A model generated the notes under the pieces. It saw nothing but the letters and a program-made list of their open reading frames with translations. It did no database searches and was not told where the DNA came from. From assembly GCA_964407835.1 (NCBI GenBank), contig CAYOXB010000002.1:11876-75875 (forward strand): DNA of 64,000 bases. The letters are read 5' to 3'. The stretch is from an uncultured Bacteroidales bacterium. GTDB taxonomy: Bacteria; Bacillota_I; Bacilli_A; ML615J-28; CAG-698. Below are positions 19,501 through 28,767 of the stretch, piece by piece. How positions within the stretch are numbered: position 1 is the first letter of the stretch; each line of letters opens with the position of its first letter. A program made the translations under genes and the position numbers.

Positions 19501-19717
19501 AAAAAATAAAAAACCCTTATAAACCTAAGGGCGAATATATCCGCGGTACCACCTTATTTCAACATTTGTTGCACTCAATTATTTTTTAACGCAGTTATCT
19601 TCAGCGGGCAGACCACTCCAAAGGTGAATTCATAGTTATATTTTCAAAAGACTTCCAATCAAGGTCTTTATTTCCTGGAGAAAATATAAATGCCTACTAC
19701 TATTCCTCTATCATCGT
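19501..19717 (-). promoter_or_regulatory. T-box riboswitch leader (Phe specifier) of pheST
   Basis: Minus-strand leader contains the stem-I start AACGATGATAGAGGAATAGTAG, a candidate specifier GAA-UUC-A, the T-box consensus AATAAGGTGGTACCGCGG (plus 19538-19555) and a terminator CCCTTAGGTTTATAAGGG+U-run (19501-19536). Confidence 0.8.
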
Positions 19718-19724
19718 TTTAAAT

Positions 19725-19753
19725 ATTATATCATTCATCCTAGTCATTTTCAA
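19725..19753 (-). promoter_or_regulatory. Promoter of the pheST T-box leader
   Basis: Minus strand: TTGAAA – 17 nt – TATAAT. Confidence 0.6.
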
Positions 19754-19787
19754 GACCAATAATAAATATTCAATTATTCGCTTTTAT

Positions 19788-19816
19788 TTGACATCTACTA
19801 TGCATTAGTGTAAAAT
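19788..19816 (+). promoter_or_regulatory. Sigma-A promoter of clpP
   Basis: TTGACA – 17 nt – TAAAAT; AAGGAG RBS 7 nt before the ATG at 19836. Confidence 0.65.
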
Positions 19817-19835
19817 TTATAAAAAGGAGATAGTT

Positions 19836-20429
19836 ATGTATTATACACCTATAGTTATTGAAAAAACAGGTCAAGGAGAAAGATCATATGATATTTACTC
19901 TAGACTATTAAAAGATAGAATTATAATGCTCAGTGGTGAAATTAATGATGCACTTGCAAATAGTGTTGTTGCTCAACTATTATTCTTATCAAGTGCAGAT
20001 CCAGAAAAAGATATATTCATCTATATTAACTCTCCAGGCGGTTCTGTAACTGCTGGAATGGCAATCTTTGATACAATGAATTTCGTTACTCCAGATATCC
20101 AAACAATTTGTGTAGGTATGGCAGCATCAATGGCAGCATTCCTCTTAGCAAGCGGAACAAAAGGTAAGAGATTTTGTCTACCAAATAGTGAAGTTTTAAT
20201 TCACCAACCACTAGGTGGAGCAAGTGGTCAAGCTACTGAGATTCAAATTGCAGCTGAACACATTCTTAAAATAAAAGAAAGAATGAATAAGATGCTTGCA
20301 AAAATGACAGGTAAAACATTAAAACAAATTAATGAAGATACTGATCGTGATAAGTATATGTTTGCGGAAGAAGCCGTAGCATATGGAATAGTAGATGCAG
20401 TCTTAGCAAAAGAAAAAGGTATTTCTTAA
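19836..20429 (+). CDS. clpP: ATP-dependent Clp protease proteolytic subunit
   Basis: Catalytic triad context GMAAS (Ser), IHQPLGG (His), …DTDRD… (Asp); 197 aa. Confidence 0.95.
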   Translation: MYYTPIVIEKTGQGERSYDIYSRLLKDRIIMLSGEINDALANSVVAQLLFLSSADPEKDIFIYINSPGGSVTAGMAIFDTMNFVTPDIQTICVGMAASMAAFLLASGTKGKRFCLPNSEVLIHQPLGGASGQATEIQIAAEHILKIKERMNKMLAKMTGKTLKQINEDTDRDKYMFAEEAVAYGIVDAVLAKEKGIS

Positions 20430-20445
20430 ATGAAATACCTCTTTT

Positions 20446-21198
20446 TTATTCTGGAATTATAAAAGCTCTTCTAACTTTATCAAAAAATTCTGTTTTTTCT
20501 TTTTCAATAAATCTAACTTTAGTATCTGAAAGTTTCGCAAATACATTAGTAAGCTCTTTAAACTCTAAGTGTTTACCATCAACACTTAAATAAATATGTT
20601 CGTGTCCTCTTATTTTAAGTTCAATCTTGGAATGTTCAGAAAGAACAAGGGGTGAAGATAAACTATTATAAGCTCGATTATTAATCGAAGCAAATTCAGT
20701 TAGTTGAATTGCTTTTATTTTAGGATCAATTACACTTCCCCCAAGTGATTTGTTATACGCTGTACTTCCTGTAGGAGGAGAAATTAATAAACCTGTTCCT
20801 CTAAATGTTTCAAAATGTTGGTCGTTAATACAAACATCAATTATTTGTGTATGAATTGGATTGGTTATCGCAATCTCATTCACAGCTAAATCACTATATT
20901 CTTCAGTATCACTTTTTAAAGTATACTCTAGTAAGTTATAAGAGTTAAGTCGGTAGTTATTCTCTTCGATTAACTTAACAACTAAATCCAATTCTTCAAT
21001 TACAAAATCAGTAAAGAAACCAAGCTTACCAGTATTAATCCCCACAAACTTAACAGTATTAAGTTTGTTTTTGTACTTATGTATAGCTCCCAACATTGTT
21101 CCATCCCCGCCAAATGAAAAAACTATATCTGGATTGAGGTCATCTCTTTCAAAAGGAATATTTACATTATTAACTTTTCCGTAAATTGCATACTTCAT
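20446..21198 (-). CDS. nadK: NAD kinase
   Basis: GGDGTML motif and NE/D short motif; 250 aa. Confidence 0.9.
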   Translation of the reverse strand: MKYAIYGKVNNVNIPFERDDLNPDIVFSFGGDGTMLGAIHKYKNKLNTVKFVGINTGKLGFFTDFVIEELDLVVKLIEENNYRLNSYNLLEYTLKSDTEEYSDLAVNEIAITNPIHTQIIDVCINDQHFETFRGTGLLISPPTGSTAYNKSLGGSVIDPKIKAIQLTEFASINNRAYNSLSSPLVLSEHSKIELKIRGHEHIYLSVDGKHLEFKELTNVFAKLSDTKVRFIEKEKTEFFDKVRRAFIIPE

Positions 21199-21202
21199 CT
21201 AA

Positions 21203-21880
21203 TCACCATTTCTTTATACTATTAATGAATAACTCAAGATTATCAAGTTCATATTCTTCGCCTCTAACCTTTTCAGCGACAGTCTCTTCAACTGCTATTT
21301 GGATATTAGACATTTCATCATCTAGTTTTGTAGTGACTTCTGCTACTCTTAATAGTCTTTCTTGAATTTCTTCAGGAATTTTTCTATAGTATTTATATTT
21401 AAGCGAATGTTCAATAGAAGCCCACAAATGCATAGCATGTGTTCTTATTTGAAATTCTATATTTATTGGGCTTTGCCCTTCTAATGTTTCCACATTATAT
21501 CTTGCTATAACATGAAGCGACCTATACCCACTTGGTTTAGGGTTTTTAATATAATCTTTAACTAAAAATATATCTACATCTTTTCTAGTTTTTAAAAGTT
21601 CATATACTTTGTAGACATCTTGAATATATTTACATGTTATCCTAACACCTGCTATGTCGTATACATCTTCTTTAATCCTAGAAAAATCAATGTTTAACCT
21701 CTGTGCTTTTTCTAAAATACTAGAAACGGTCTTAACCCTTCCAGATACAATTTCTATTGGTGAACTTGCATCTTTTAAAATAAAATCCTTACGCATAGAT
21801 TCAAGTTTTATAATAAACCCACCCACTGCAAGTTCATAAGGCAATAAAAAACTTTTCCAATAATTGCTTTCATTAATCAT
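21203..21880 (-). CDS. relQ: GTP pyrophosphokinase, small alarmone synthetase (RelQ/YjbM type)
   Basis: Aligns along its length to B. subtilis YjbM (…GRVKTVSSILEKA…DIAGVRITC…YRSLHV…EIQIRT…WA…EH…YKY). Confidence 0.85.
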   Translation of the reverse strand: MINESNYWKSFLLPYELAVGGFIIKLESMRKDFILKDASSPIEIVSGRVKTVSSILEKAQRLNIDFSRIKEDVYDIAGVRITCKYIQDVYKVYELLKTRKDVDIFLVKDYIKNPKPSGYRSLHVIARYNVETLEGQSPINIEFQIRTHAMHLWASIEHSLKYKYYRKIPEEIQERLLRVAEVTTKLDDEMSNIQIAVEETVAEKVRGEEYELDNLELFINSIKKW

Positions 21881-22032
21881 TAATCATACCTTCTTATATA
21901 TATTGTCACTTATATTTTACCACATTTTATTCATTATTTTAATCTATTTTTAAAATATATATAAATCAACTCATTTATTTTTCCTACTTGATTTTTAAAA
22001 AATATTGTGTATAATATAAAAGAATAAAGAAA

Positions 22033-22620
22033 ATGGAGGAAGCTATGGATCAAAAGCATAAATATCAATTTAAAACTCTCCTTACATTTGATGAGTATAA
22101 TAAATTATTAAAGAGGTTTAATGGCTTTGCATCAGATGTCCAAACTAATCATTACTTCGACACAAAGCGTTTTTCGCTAAAGGCTTTAGAAGCATCTTTA
22201 AGAGTTCGTAATAAAGAAGGATTAGAATTGACATTGAAACGCAAAAACAGATATCAGCTGTTAGACACAACAATTTCAATTGATCAAAATTTCTTTGATG
22301 AATTAAAAGAAACAGGTGTATTACCAGAATGTGAAATAAGCAAACAACTTTATTCGATGATTGGTGATCAAAAACTATTTAATTATATTAGTTTATCTAC
22401 ATCAAGAATTTATCTTTCATATAAATCTGGTATTGTTTTAATTGATAAAAGTGAATATCTTGAAGAAACTGATTATGAATTATCTTTTTTAGTGAGCAAT
22501 TACAAAGAAGGTAAAAATGAATTTATTCAACTAATTAATGAGCTTGAAATTGTCTATACAAAATCTGAAAAGAAAATCAAAAGAGCAATGCAAGCTTATA
22601 AAAGACATATTAGTAATTAA
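22033..22620 (+). CDS. CYTH domain protein (YjbK-like triphosphatase)
   Basis: …NHYFDT…LRVR… CYTH pattern; divergent from the relQ-nadK pair as in B. subtilis yjbK-yjbM-ppnK. Confidence 0.75.
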   Translation: MEEAMDQKHKYQFKTLLTFDEYNKLLKRFNGFASDVQTNHYFDTKRFSLKALEASLRVRNKEGLELTLKRKNRYQLLDTTISIDQNFFDELKETGVLPECEISKQLYSMIGDQKLFNYISLSTSRIYLSYKSGIVLIDKSEYLEETDYELSFLVSNYKEGKNEFIQLINELEIVYTKSEKKIKRAMQAYKRHISN

Positions 22621-22647
22621 AAACACTTCTTACGAAGTGTTTTTTTC
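22621..22647. terminator. Bidirectional terminator after the CYTH gene
   Basis: AAACACTTCTTACGAAGTGTTT + TTTTTT, preceded by AAAAA. Confidence 0.7.
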
Positions 22648-22691
22648 TTATTCATATAGATAAATCAAAGCTATCTATTTAGAACTCATAT

Positions 22692-23117
22692 TTAAATTAT
22701 TTTCAATGCCTTATGGTATTCACAGTTTTCTGGGTCATCGCACTCTAAGCATTCACGCTCTCTTATTTCTGGAGGTAAAAACAATTCAATATCATCATCA
22801 TTATATCCTACTTGTATTTCATCATCAGTAACGATAATGGGGCGTTTAAGAACGCTAGGATTGGCGATTATGAATTGAATAAGATCATGAACTTTCATTT
22901 GTTCAATCTCTTCTCCTCTTTCTTTATATATATTCGACCTTGTTGAAACAATATCTTCAAACCCATTCTCACTATTAATTAACATTTTAAACAAATCGTC
23001 TCTTGTTAAAGGAGTAGTTAAGATATTTTTCTCAACATATTCTATATTATATTTCTTAAAGTATTTTTTGACTTTTCGACAAGATGAACAACTAGGTGAT
23101 GTATAAAGTTTTATCAT
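22692..23117 (-). CDS. spx: Spx/ArsC-family global regulator with a Cys/His-rich C-terminal extension
   Basis: MIKLYTSPSCSSCRKVK (CxxC redox switch) and …RPIIV…QVGYN… align to B. subtilis Spx. An extra C-terminal …RERECLECDDPENCEYH follows. The upstream promoter reads TTTACA-17-TAAAAT. Confidence 0.8.
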   Translation of the reverse strand: MIKLYTSPSCSSCRKVKKYFKKYNIEYVEKNILTTPLTRDDLFKMLINSENGFEDIVSTRSNIYKERGEEIEQMKVHDLIQFIIANPSVLKRPIIVTDDEIQVGYNDDDIELFLPPEIRERECLECDDPENCEYHKALKII

Positions 23118-23203
23118 GTTAGCATCCTCCTTCTCTTATCTGCCTTATTTTATCATTTTTATGGCTTTTTGTAAACAAAAAATAAATTTATATTTTGAAA
23201 ATC

Positions 23204-23236
23204 AAAGCGAGATAACAATTATGTTTATCTCGCTTT
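23204..23236 (-). terminator. Hairpin, probable terminator at the end of the opp operon
   Basis: AAAGCGAGATAA-N10-TTATCTCGCTTT perfect 12-bp stem; the flanking U-run is modest. Confidence 0.5.
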
Positions 23237-23241
23237 AGTTT

Positions 23242-23457
23242 TTATCTTAAAAAGAAAAACCAAATAATTCCATAAAACAACCCAAGTATTATTAGTACAA
23301 CCGGAATCCAGACTATTACTGCAGATAAAACCATTGTCCAAATTTCTTTATTTGTTATTGGGTTTTCTCTTAAGTTATCTCTAATCTCTTGTTCTTCTTC
23401 TGGAGTTAATTTTTTATTATAAATTTTTTGTTTCTTCATAAAAATGACATGCAACAA
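23242..23457 (-). CDS. Putative small membrane protein (uncertain)
   Basis: 71-aa ORF with a KR-rich N-terminus and one strong TM helix. It overlaps the oppF 3' end out of frame and has no clear SD. Confidence 0.3.
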   Translation of the reverse strand: MLHVIFMKKQKIYNKKLTPEEEQEIRDNLRENPITNKEIWTMVLSAVIVWIPVVLIILGLFYGIIWFFFLR

Positions 23458-25435
23458 AATGATTTGGTTCTACTTCTCTAAATTCAGGAATATCCATAGC
23501 ACATTTTTCTCTTGCTAAAGGACATCTAGTCCTAAATTTACATCCTGAAGGTGGGAAAATATTCGATGGAATATCACCTTCCAAAATAATTCTTTTTTGT
23601 TTGTTCTTGGTTGTTGTTGGAATTGCTGAAATTAATGCTTTAGAATAAGGATGTAAAGGATTATCATATAGAGTTTCCCCATCACATAATTCTACAAGAT
23701 TTCCTAAGTACATAACTCCAATACGATCACTAATATGTTTAATTACACTTAAGTCATGGGAGATGAATAGATATGTTAGATTATTCTTCTCTTTTAATTC
23801 TTCAAGTAAATTTAGTATTTGTGATTGAATTGAAACGTCAAGCGCACTTACTGACTCGTCGCAAACTACAAATTCAGGTTGCAAAGCTAGTGCCCTAGCG
23901 ATAACTATTCTTTGTCGTTGCCCACCAGAGAATTGATGTGGGTAGCGATGAATCATATAATGGTCAAGACCACACTTAGCCATTGTATCAATTATATATT
24001 CTTCTAACTCAGGACTTTTCTTTTTAAATAATTTATGTTCTACAATCGCTTCGCTAATCGCTTGTCCTACAGTCATCCTAGGATCAAGTGATGAATATGG
24101 ATCTTGAAATATAATTTGCAATTTTTGACGCAATACACGCATCTCTTCTTTTTTAACTTTTTCTAAGTTAATTGCATATTGTCTATTACCTTCAAGTTTC
24201 TTCTGATATTCCGGCCATAAGCAACGTTCAGTTATCGGTTGCGGATTAGCTAATCGATATTTTTCTAACTCTTGTAAGGTAAGTTCTTGATTTTCTTCAT
24301 ATACTTTAACCTTATCATTAAGCTCTAAAGCTTTTGCTTTTTGTTTTTCGATTAAGTCATTAGTTTTTGAAATATCCTTTTTGAGTTTAGAAACAGCTTT
24401 TTCATCATCATTTAAATCTAATTCAGCATTAAATTTTTCTAGTCTCTTATTATTTAAGTTTATTCTAGTTTCAAGTGCTTTTATTTCTTTATTAGCTTTA
24501 GTTTTATCACGATGAAGCATCTCTTCTTTTAATAGAAGTTTAGAAATTGTTTTAATTTCAAGTTCTAAAATAAATGCTCCGGCAATTTCACTACCTGCTT
24601 TTAATGTTCTTGATGCATCTTTTTTATTTTCAAGTGATCTATACTTAGCACGTGCAAGTTGTCTTTCTTGCTTACTTTCAGTATATTTTAAAAGTTCACG
24701 TTTCAATTTATTTATAGCTTTATTAGTATTTTGTACCTTTTTATAAGTTACCATAATGGATGCATATGGTATGTGAAGAAGAGTAATGTAGTTTTCAACT
24801 GCTACAGTACCATCATAATCTTGGAGTTGTTTTGCAACTCTTTCAACTTCATCTTCCCATTTAATACCTTTACCTATATCTACTAGTCCAGGATTTGCTT
24901 CTTTAAACTTTCTAGATTCTTCACGAAGATGCTTTAATGTATCATTTACATGATCTGTTCTAATTTTAAGTTGTTCATCAATAAGTGCATTTATTTCATC
25001 ATACTTTACTTTATATTCAACCTTTAGTTGTTTGTGTTCTTCTGATGCAATATATGCCTCAAGTTGTTTAACTCTTTCATCTTCTTTTTCTGATTTCTTA
25101 TAAAAGTTACTAGCTTTCTTTTGGATTGCTGGAAGTTTTTTAATATCCTTTAATATATAACTAGGATTTACTTCACGTAAAGGCAGCCCATAATAAAGAG
25201 CACTACCACTAGTTATTGGATATAATTGAAGGATAATTCTTCCAAGTGTAGACTTCCCACAACCACTTTCTCCAACTAGCCCAAGTGTTTCGCCTTTATA
25301 AATTGTTAATGAAACATCATCTACAGCTCTTACATTTAAAACTTTTCTTTGAAATATATGTTGACGTTTAAGCGGGAAAAACTTTTTTATCTTCCTCACT
25401 TCTAGAAGAGGGGCTTTTTTAACTTTTTCAGTCAT
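23417..25435 (-). CDS. oppF: Oligopeptide ABC transporter ATP-binding protein OppF with a large coiled-coil insertion
   Basis: Walker A GESGCGKST; signature LSGGQRQR roughly 400 residues later; C-terminal Opp-type Cys motif. About 350 aa of K/E-rich heptad sequence sits in between. Confidence 0.85.
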   Translation of the reverse strand: MTEKVKKAPLLEVRKIKKFFPLKRQHIFQRKVLNVRAVDDVSLTIYKGETLGLVGESGCGKSTLGRIILQLYPITSGSALYYGLPLREVNPSYILKDIKKLPAIQKKASNFYKKSEKEDERVKQLEAYIASEEHKQLKVEYKVKYDEINALIDEQLKIRTDHVNDTLKHLREESRKFKEANPGLVDIGKGIKWEDEVERVAKQLQDYDGTVAVENYITLLHIPYASIMVTYKKVQNTNKAINKLKRELLKYTESKQERQLARAKYRSLENKKDASRTLKAGSEIAGAFILELEIKTISKLLLKEEMLHRDKTKANKEIKALETRINLNNKRLEKFNAELDLNDDEKAVSKLKKDISKTNDLIEKQKAKALELNDKVKVYEENQELTLQELEKYRLANPQPITERCLWPEYQKKLEGNRQYAINLEKVKKEEMRVLRQKLQIIFQDPYSSLDPRMTVGQAISEAIVEHKLFKKKSPELEEYIIDTMAKCGLDHYMIHRYPHQFSGGQRQRIVIARALALQPEFVVCDESVSALDVSIQSQILNLLEELKEKNNLTYLFISHDLSVIKHISDRIGVMYLGNLVELCDGETLYDNPLHPYSKALISAIPTTTKNKQKRIILEGDIPSNIFPPSGCKFRTRCPLAREKCAMDIPEFREVEPNHFVACHFYEETKNL

Positions 25436-26465
25436 GTCTTTCTCCTCTCTTTGGATATAAACATCTTACAAAATGACCAGGTTCAACTTCGACACTTTCA
25501 ATTTCCTGTGATACACATTTTTCAGTTCTATATTTACATCTAGGTGCAAATTTACATCCAAATGGTAAATCAAGTGGATGAGGAACTGATCCAGGTATAA
25601 CTTCAAGTTTGCCTTTGTTGCCATCAAGTCTTGGAATTGATGCCATTAAACCTTCTGTATATGGATGTGAATAAGTAGGTTCTTCTCCAAAAATTGTTGT
25701 GTTTGGAGCTGACTCAACTATTTGTCCACAATACATAACAGCTACATCATCTGCCATTTCATTAATTACACCAAGGTCATGGGTAACAAATAAAATAGAT
25801 GTGTTATATTGTTTCTTTAAATCGTTCATTAATTTTAATATTTGCGCTTGGATTGTTACGTCCAGAGCTGTCGTTGGTTCATCTGCTATTAAAAGCTTTG
25901 GTCTACATGCTAAAGCCATAGCAATCATAACTCTTTGGCTCATTCCACCTGATAATTGAAACGAATAAACATCTACAATTTTCTCAGGATTAGATATACC
26001 AACATCATCAAGTAAATCAATTGCTTTACTTCTAGCTTGTTTTTTATCTAAACCATGGTGAAGCATTAATACTTCAGCTATTTGACGCCCAACTTTAAAC
26101 ACAGGATTTAAACTCGTCATTGGTTCTTGAAATATTACAGATATTTCATCACCACGAATTTCTCTAAGTTGATTAGGTGTCATTTCTGATAGTAATTGAC
26201 CATCAAAATGAATTTCACCTTCATGAATTTTTTGATTCTCTTCAAAGAGTTGCAAAATACTCATAGCAGTAACGCTCTTACCTGAGCCTGACTCACCAAC
26301 TAAACCTAGTGTTTTTCCTTCTTCTATATTTAAAGACACACCATTGGCTGCCTTTATTATTCCTCTTTTAGTAGTAAAATACGTATGAAGATTTTTAATT
26401 TCTAATAGATTCATAGTCTTCCTACCTTTCGTTTGATTTTGGATCCATTGCTTCTCGCAGACCAT
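25428..26465 (-). CDS. oppD: Oligopeptide ABC transporter ATP-binding protein OppD
   Basis: GESGSGKS, LSGGMSQR, ADEPTTALD, C-terminal oligopeptide_C domain. Confidence 0.9.
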   Translation of the reverse strand: MVCEKQWIQNQTKGRKTMNLLEIKNLHTYFTTKRGIIKAANGVSLNIEEGKTLGLVGESGSGKSVTAMSILQLFEENQKIHEGEIHFDGQLLSEMTPNQLREIRGDEISVIFQEPMTSLNPVFKVGRQIAEVLMLHHGLDKKQARSKAIDLLDDVGISNPEKIVDVYSFQLSGGMSQRVMIAMALACRPKLLIADEPTTALDVTIQAQILKLMNDLKKQYNTSILFVTHDLGVINEMADDVAVMYCGQIVESAPNTTIFGEEPTYSHPYTEGLMASIPRLDGNKGKLEVIPGSVPHPLDLPFGCKFAPRCKYRTEKCVSQEIESVEVEPGHFVRCLYPKRGERHD

Positions 26466-28758
26466 CGCCTACTAAGTTAACACTTAAGGCAGTTAAAACA
26501 ATAAATACTGCTGGAATAATCCATAACCACCAATAGTTTTTAAGTACGCTTATACTTTGAGCACCAGTTAACATATTACCCCAAGATGGTTCTGGAGCTT
26601 TAACCCCAAATCCTAGGAATGATAATCCAGACTCAGTTAATAATGATCCTGCATAAGAAAGAGTTGTACTAACAATAACAACGTTAATTACGTTTGGTAA
26701 AATATGACGAACAATAATATGTCTTTCTTTTACACCAAGCGCTTTAGCAGCCATAATATAGTCTTTTTCTCTTTCTGATAAAATCTGACCTCTAACAAGC
26801 CTAGCTAATCCCGGCCAAGATAATAGACCTAAAACAACCATTATTAAGTATACTCTAGTAGTATCACTAAAATTATATTCTTGAACTACAATTGCAAGTG
26901 TCATCGCAAGAGGTAAGAAAGGGAATGAGTTAACAATTTCACCAAATCTCATTAATAGATTATCTACCCATCTGCCATAAAATCCTGCAATTAATCCTAC
27001 TGTTAATCCTAAAACTAAGGAAACAGCAACTGCAACAGCAGCTAGAGTTAATGTTTTTGTTCCCCCAGCTATTATTCTATATAAGTTGTCAGCACCATTT
27101 TGATCAGTACCAAAGAAATGTCCATTATTACCCCATGAAGTAATTGAACCATCTTCACCAATACTATAGCCAATAAAGAAATCTGTAACAAGAGTCTTAG
27201 TTTTGGGCATATTTTCTGGCATATTAAGCTCATTAAGACGGTTTTTATAACCCCATAAATATGGAGTACCATTTTCATCAACTGCAGTCATAAATGTTGC
27301 GCCTGTTGTAATACTTATAATTTTACTATTTACAACTGCTTCTGGAATATTGTTTAATTTGTTTTCTGCTGTAGCTTCGCCCCATACATGTATATTACCT
27401 GCTTCTGTCAAGTAAATACCATTTTTAAATGAACCTTGTACAGTTGAAATTCTATAACCTCTTTCAGCTGCACTTTGAGTTAATTCAACAGGGAATCTAT
27501 CTAAAACTGGACCAATATAACCTGTAATTATAAAACTATTGTCTTCTAATTCATATAGAATATGTTCATATAAAATATGGATCTTAACAATTTTATTATT
27601 AGTAATTGGTTCTAATTCTGTAATTAAATCAGAAATTGCTATTAAATCTTTCCATTCTTGTGTTTTTACTTCTTCTTCATTTACTTCTTCTACTGTTACT
27701 TCTAAGTATTGAAGTTTATTTGAATAAATTCTTATTGAAGTTTTATCTCCATTTAAATCCACTTCAGGAATAGAAAATCTAGTAACTATATCATCAAATG
27801 TTAAGAAGGTTTTAGCAGATTTGTTAACTTCAACATTATATCTCCATTTTAAATTGCCTTCACTTAATAAAATAACTACATCAAGTGCATTAGTACTTTT
27901 ATCAGGCTCTGAAATACCCAAGGTCTTTGTAATACCCCATGTGTATACTACACCTGATTCTGTAAGTACTGATGTAAAGTTATCACCAGCATATATTTTA
28001 TAAATCGGATCTTCTTCTATTTTTGTAACTACTGATCCCGGATAAAGCGTTCTAGCTTCAGGCATAAAGTATGCTTGAATACTTTTCTTATATTCATAAA
28101 AAGCTGCGTCTGTTCCTGGATTATAAATAGGTATTTGAGTAATTTCAAATGTATTATTACCCCAACTTAAAATTTCTTTATCTTTTGTCAAGGCAACAAC
28201 ATGTTGAGAACCAACAGATAATTGAACGATATCCTTAGCTTTTTCCTTTACTTCAGCTGGGATTTTTTTAATATTATGCACCCCTGCTCCCCATACATAA
28301 ACATTATTAGCATTTGAAATTGCTACAGTAAATGCATTTCCAAGGCCCATTAAAGGAACTTCATTTCCATCTTCGTCTTCTACAAACTTAACGCCTTCTT
28401 TTTTAAGATTCTTAGGCACTTTTGTATACCCCATACTTGGTGGTAAATAAATTTGCGAAGTTTCTTGATAACTTTTATTAAAATCAATAACATTAGAGCC
28501 TATTATTATAAACAACAATATTCCTGTGAATATTACCAAACCAACAATAGCTACTTTATTATTAATAAACTTTTTAAATATTTGTCGTGTAGGGCTTAAA
28601 ATTTCTTCTTCCTTTAAAACTGAAGATTTTTTCCCTTCATCTTTGATAATTAATTCATCATCTAATTCATTTTTATGTTTTCCAAAACCGAATAAGCGAA
28701 CAAATAAATTTTTAATTGATTTCATTATTTTTTTGAAAACTGATTCTTTATTTTCCAT
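26422..28758 (-). CDS. oppC: Oligopeptide ABC transporter permease OppC with an RCC1-like repeat extracellular insertion
   Basis: C-terminal ~220 aa are a BPD_transp_1 permease (EAA-like …LSFLGFGVKAPEPSWG…). After the first TM, ~470 aa carry repeated …xxALTxxGxxYxWGxN… units (VYVWGAG, ILSWGNN, VYTWGIT, IHVWGEA, PYLWGYK, ITSWGNNGHFFG). Confidence 0.85.
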   Translation of the reverse strand: MENKESVFKKIMKSIKNLFVRLFGFGKHKNELDDELIIKDEGKKSSVLKEEEILSPTRQIFKKFINNKVAIVGLVIFTGILLFIIIGSNVIDFNKSYQETSQIYLPPSMGYTKVPKNLKKEGVKFVEDEDGNEVPLMGLGNAFTVAISNANNVYVWGAGVHNIKKIPAEVKEKAKDIVQLSVGSQHVVALTKDKEILSWGNNTFEITQIPIYNPGTDAAFYEYKKSIQAYFMPEARTLYPGSVVTKIEEDPIYKIYAGDNFTSVLTESGVVYTWGITKTLGISEPDKSTNALDVVILLSEGNLKWRYNVEVNKSAKTFLTFDDIVTRFSIPEVDLNGDKTSIRIYSNKLQYLEVTVEEVNEEEVKTQEWKDLIAISDLITELEPITNNKIVKIHILYEHILYELEDNSFIITGYIGPVLDRFPVELTQSAAERGYRISTVQGSFKNGIYLTEAGNIHVWGEATAENKLNNIPEAVVNSKIISITTGATFMTAVDENGTPYLWGYKNRLNELNMPENMPKTKTLVTDFFIGYSIGEDGSITSWGNNGHFFGTDQNGADNLYRIIAGGTKTLTLAAVAVAVSLVLGLTVGLIAGFYGRWVDNLLMRFGEIVNSFPFLPLAMTLAIVVQEYNFSDTTRVYLIMVVLGLLSWPGLARLVRGQILSEREKDYIMAAKALGVKERHIIVRHILPNVINVVIVSTTLSYAGSLLTESGLSFLGFGVKAPEPSWGNMLTGAQSISVLKNYWWLWIIPAVFIVLTALSVNLVGDGLREAMDPKSNER

Positions 28759-28767
28759 ATTCTACCC

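Noticed and set aside
19640-19680. CtsR operator (GGTCAAA-N3-GGTCAAA) upstream of clpP
   Set aside because: Only a single GGTC half-like sequence (AAGGTCTTT) is present, not the tandem heptad, and it lies within the pheS T-box leader on the opposite strand.
25699-25959. 86-aa plus-strand ORF inside oppD
   Set aside because: Antisense shadow ORF within a strongly supported ABC ATPase gene.
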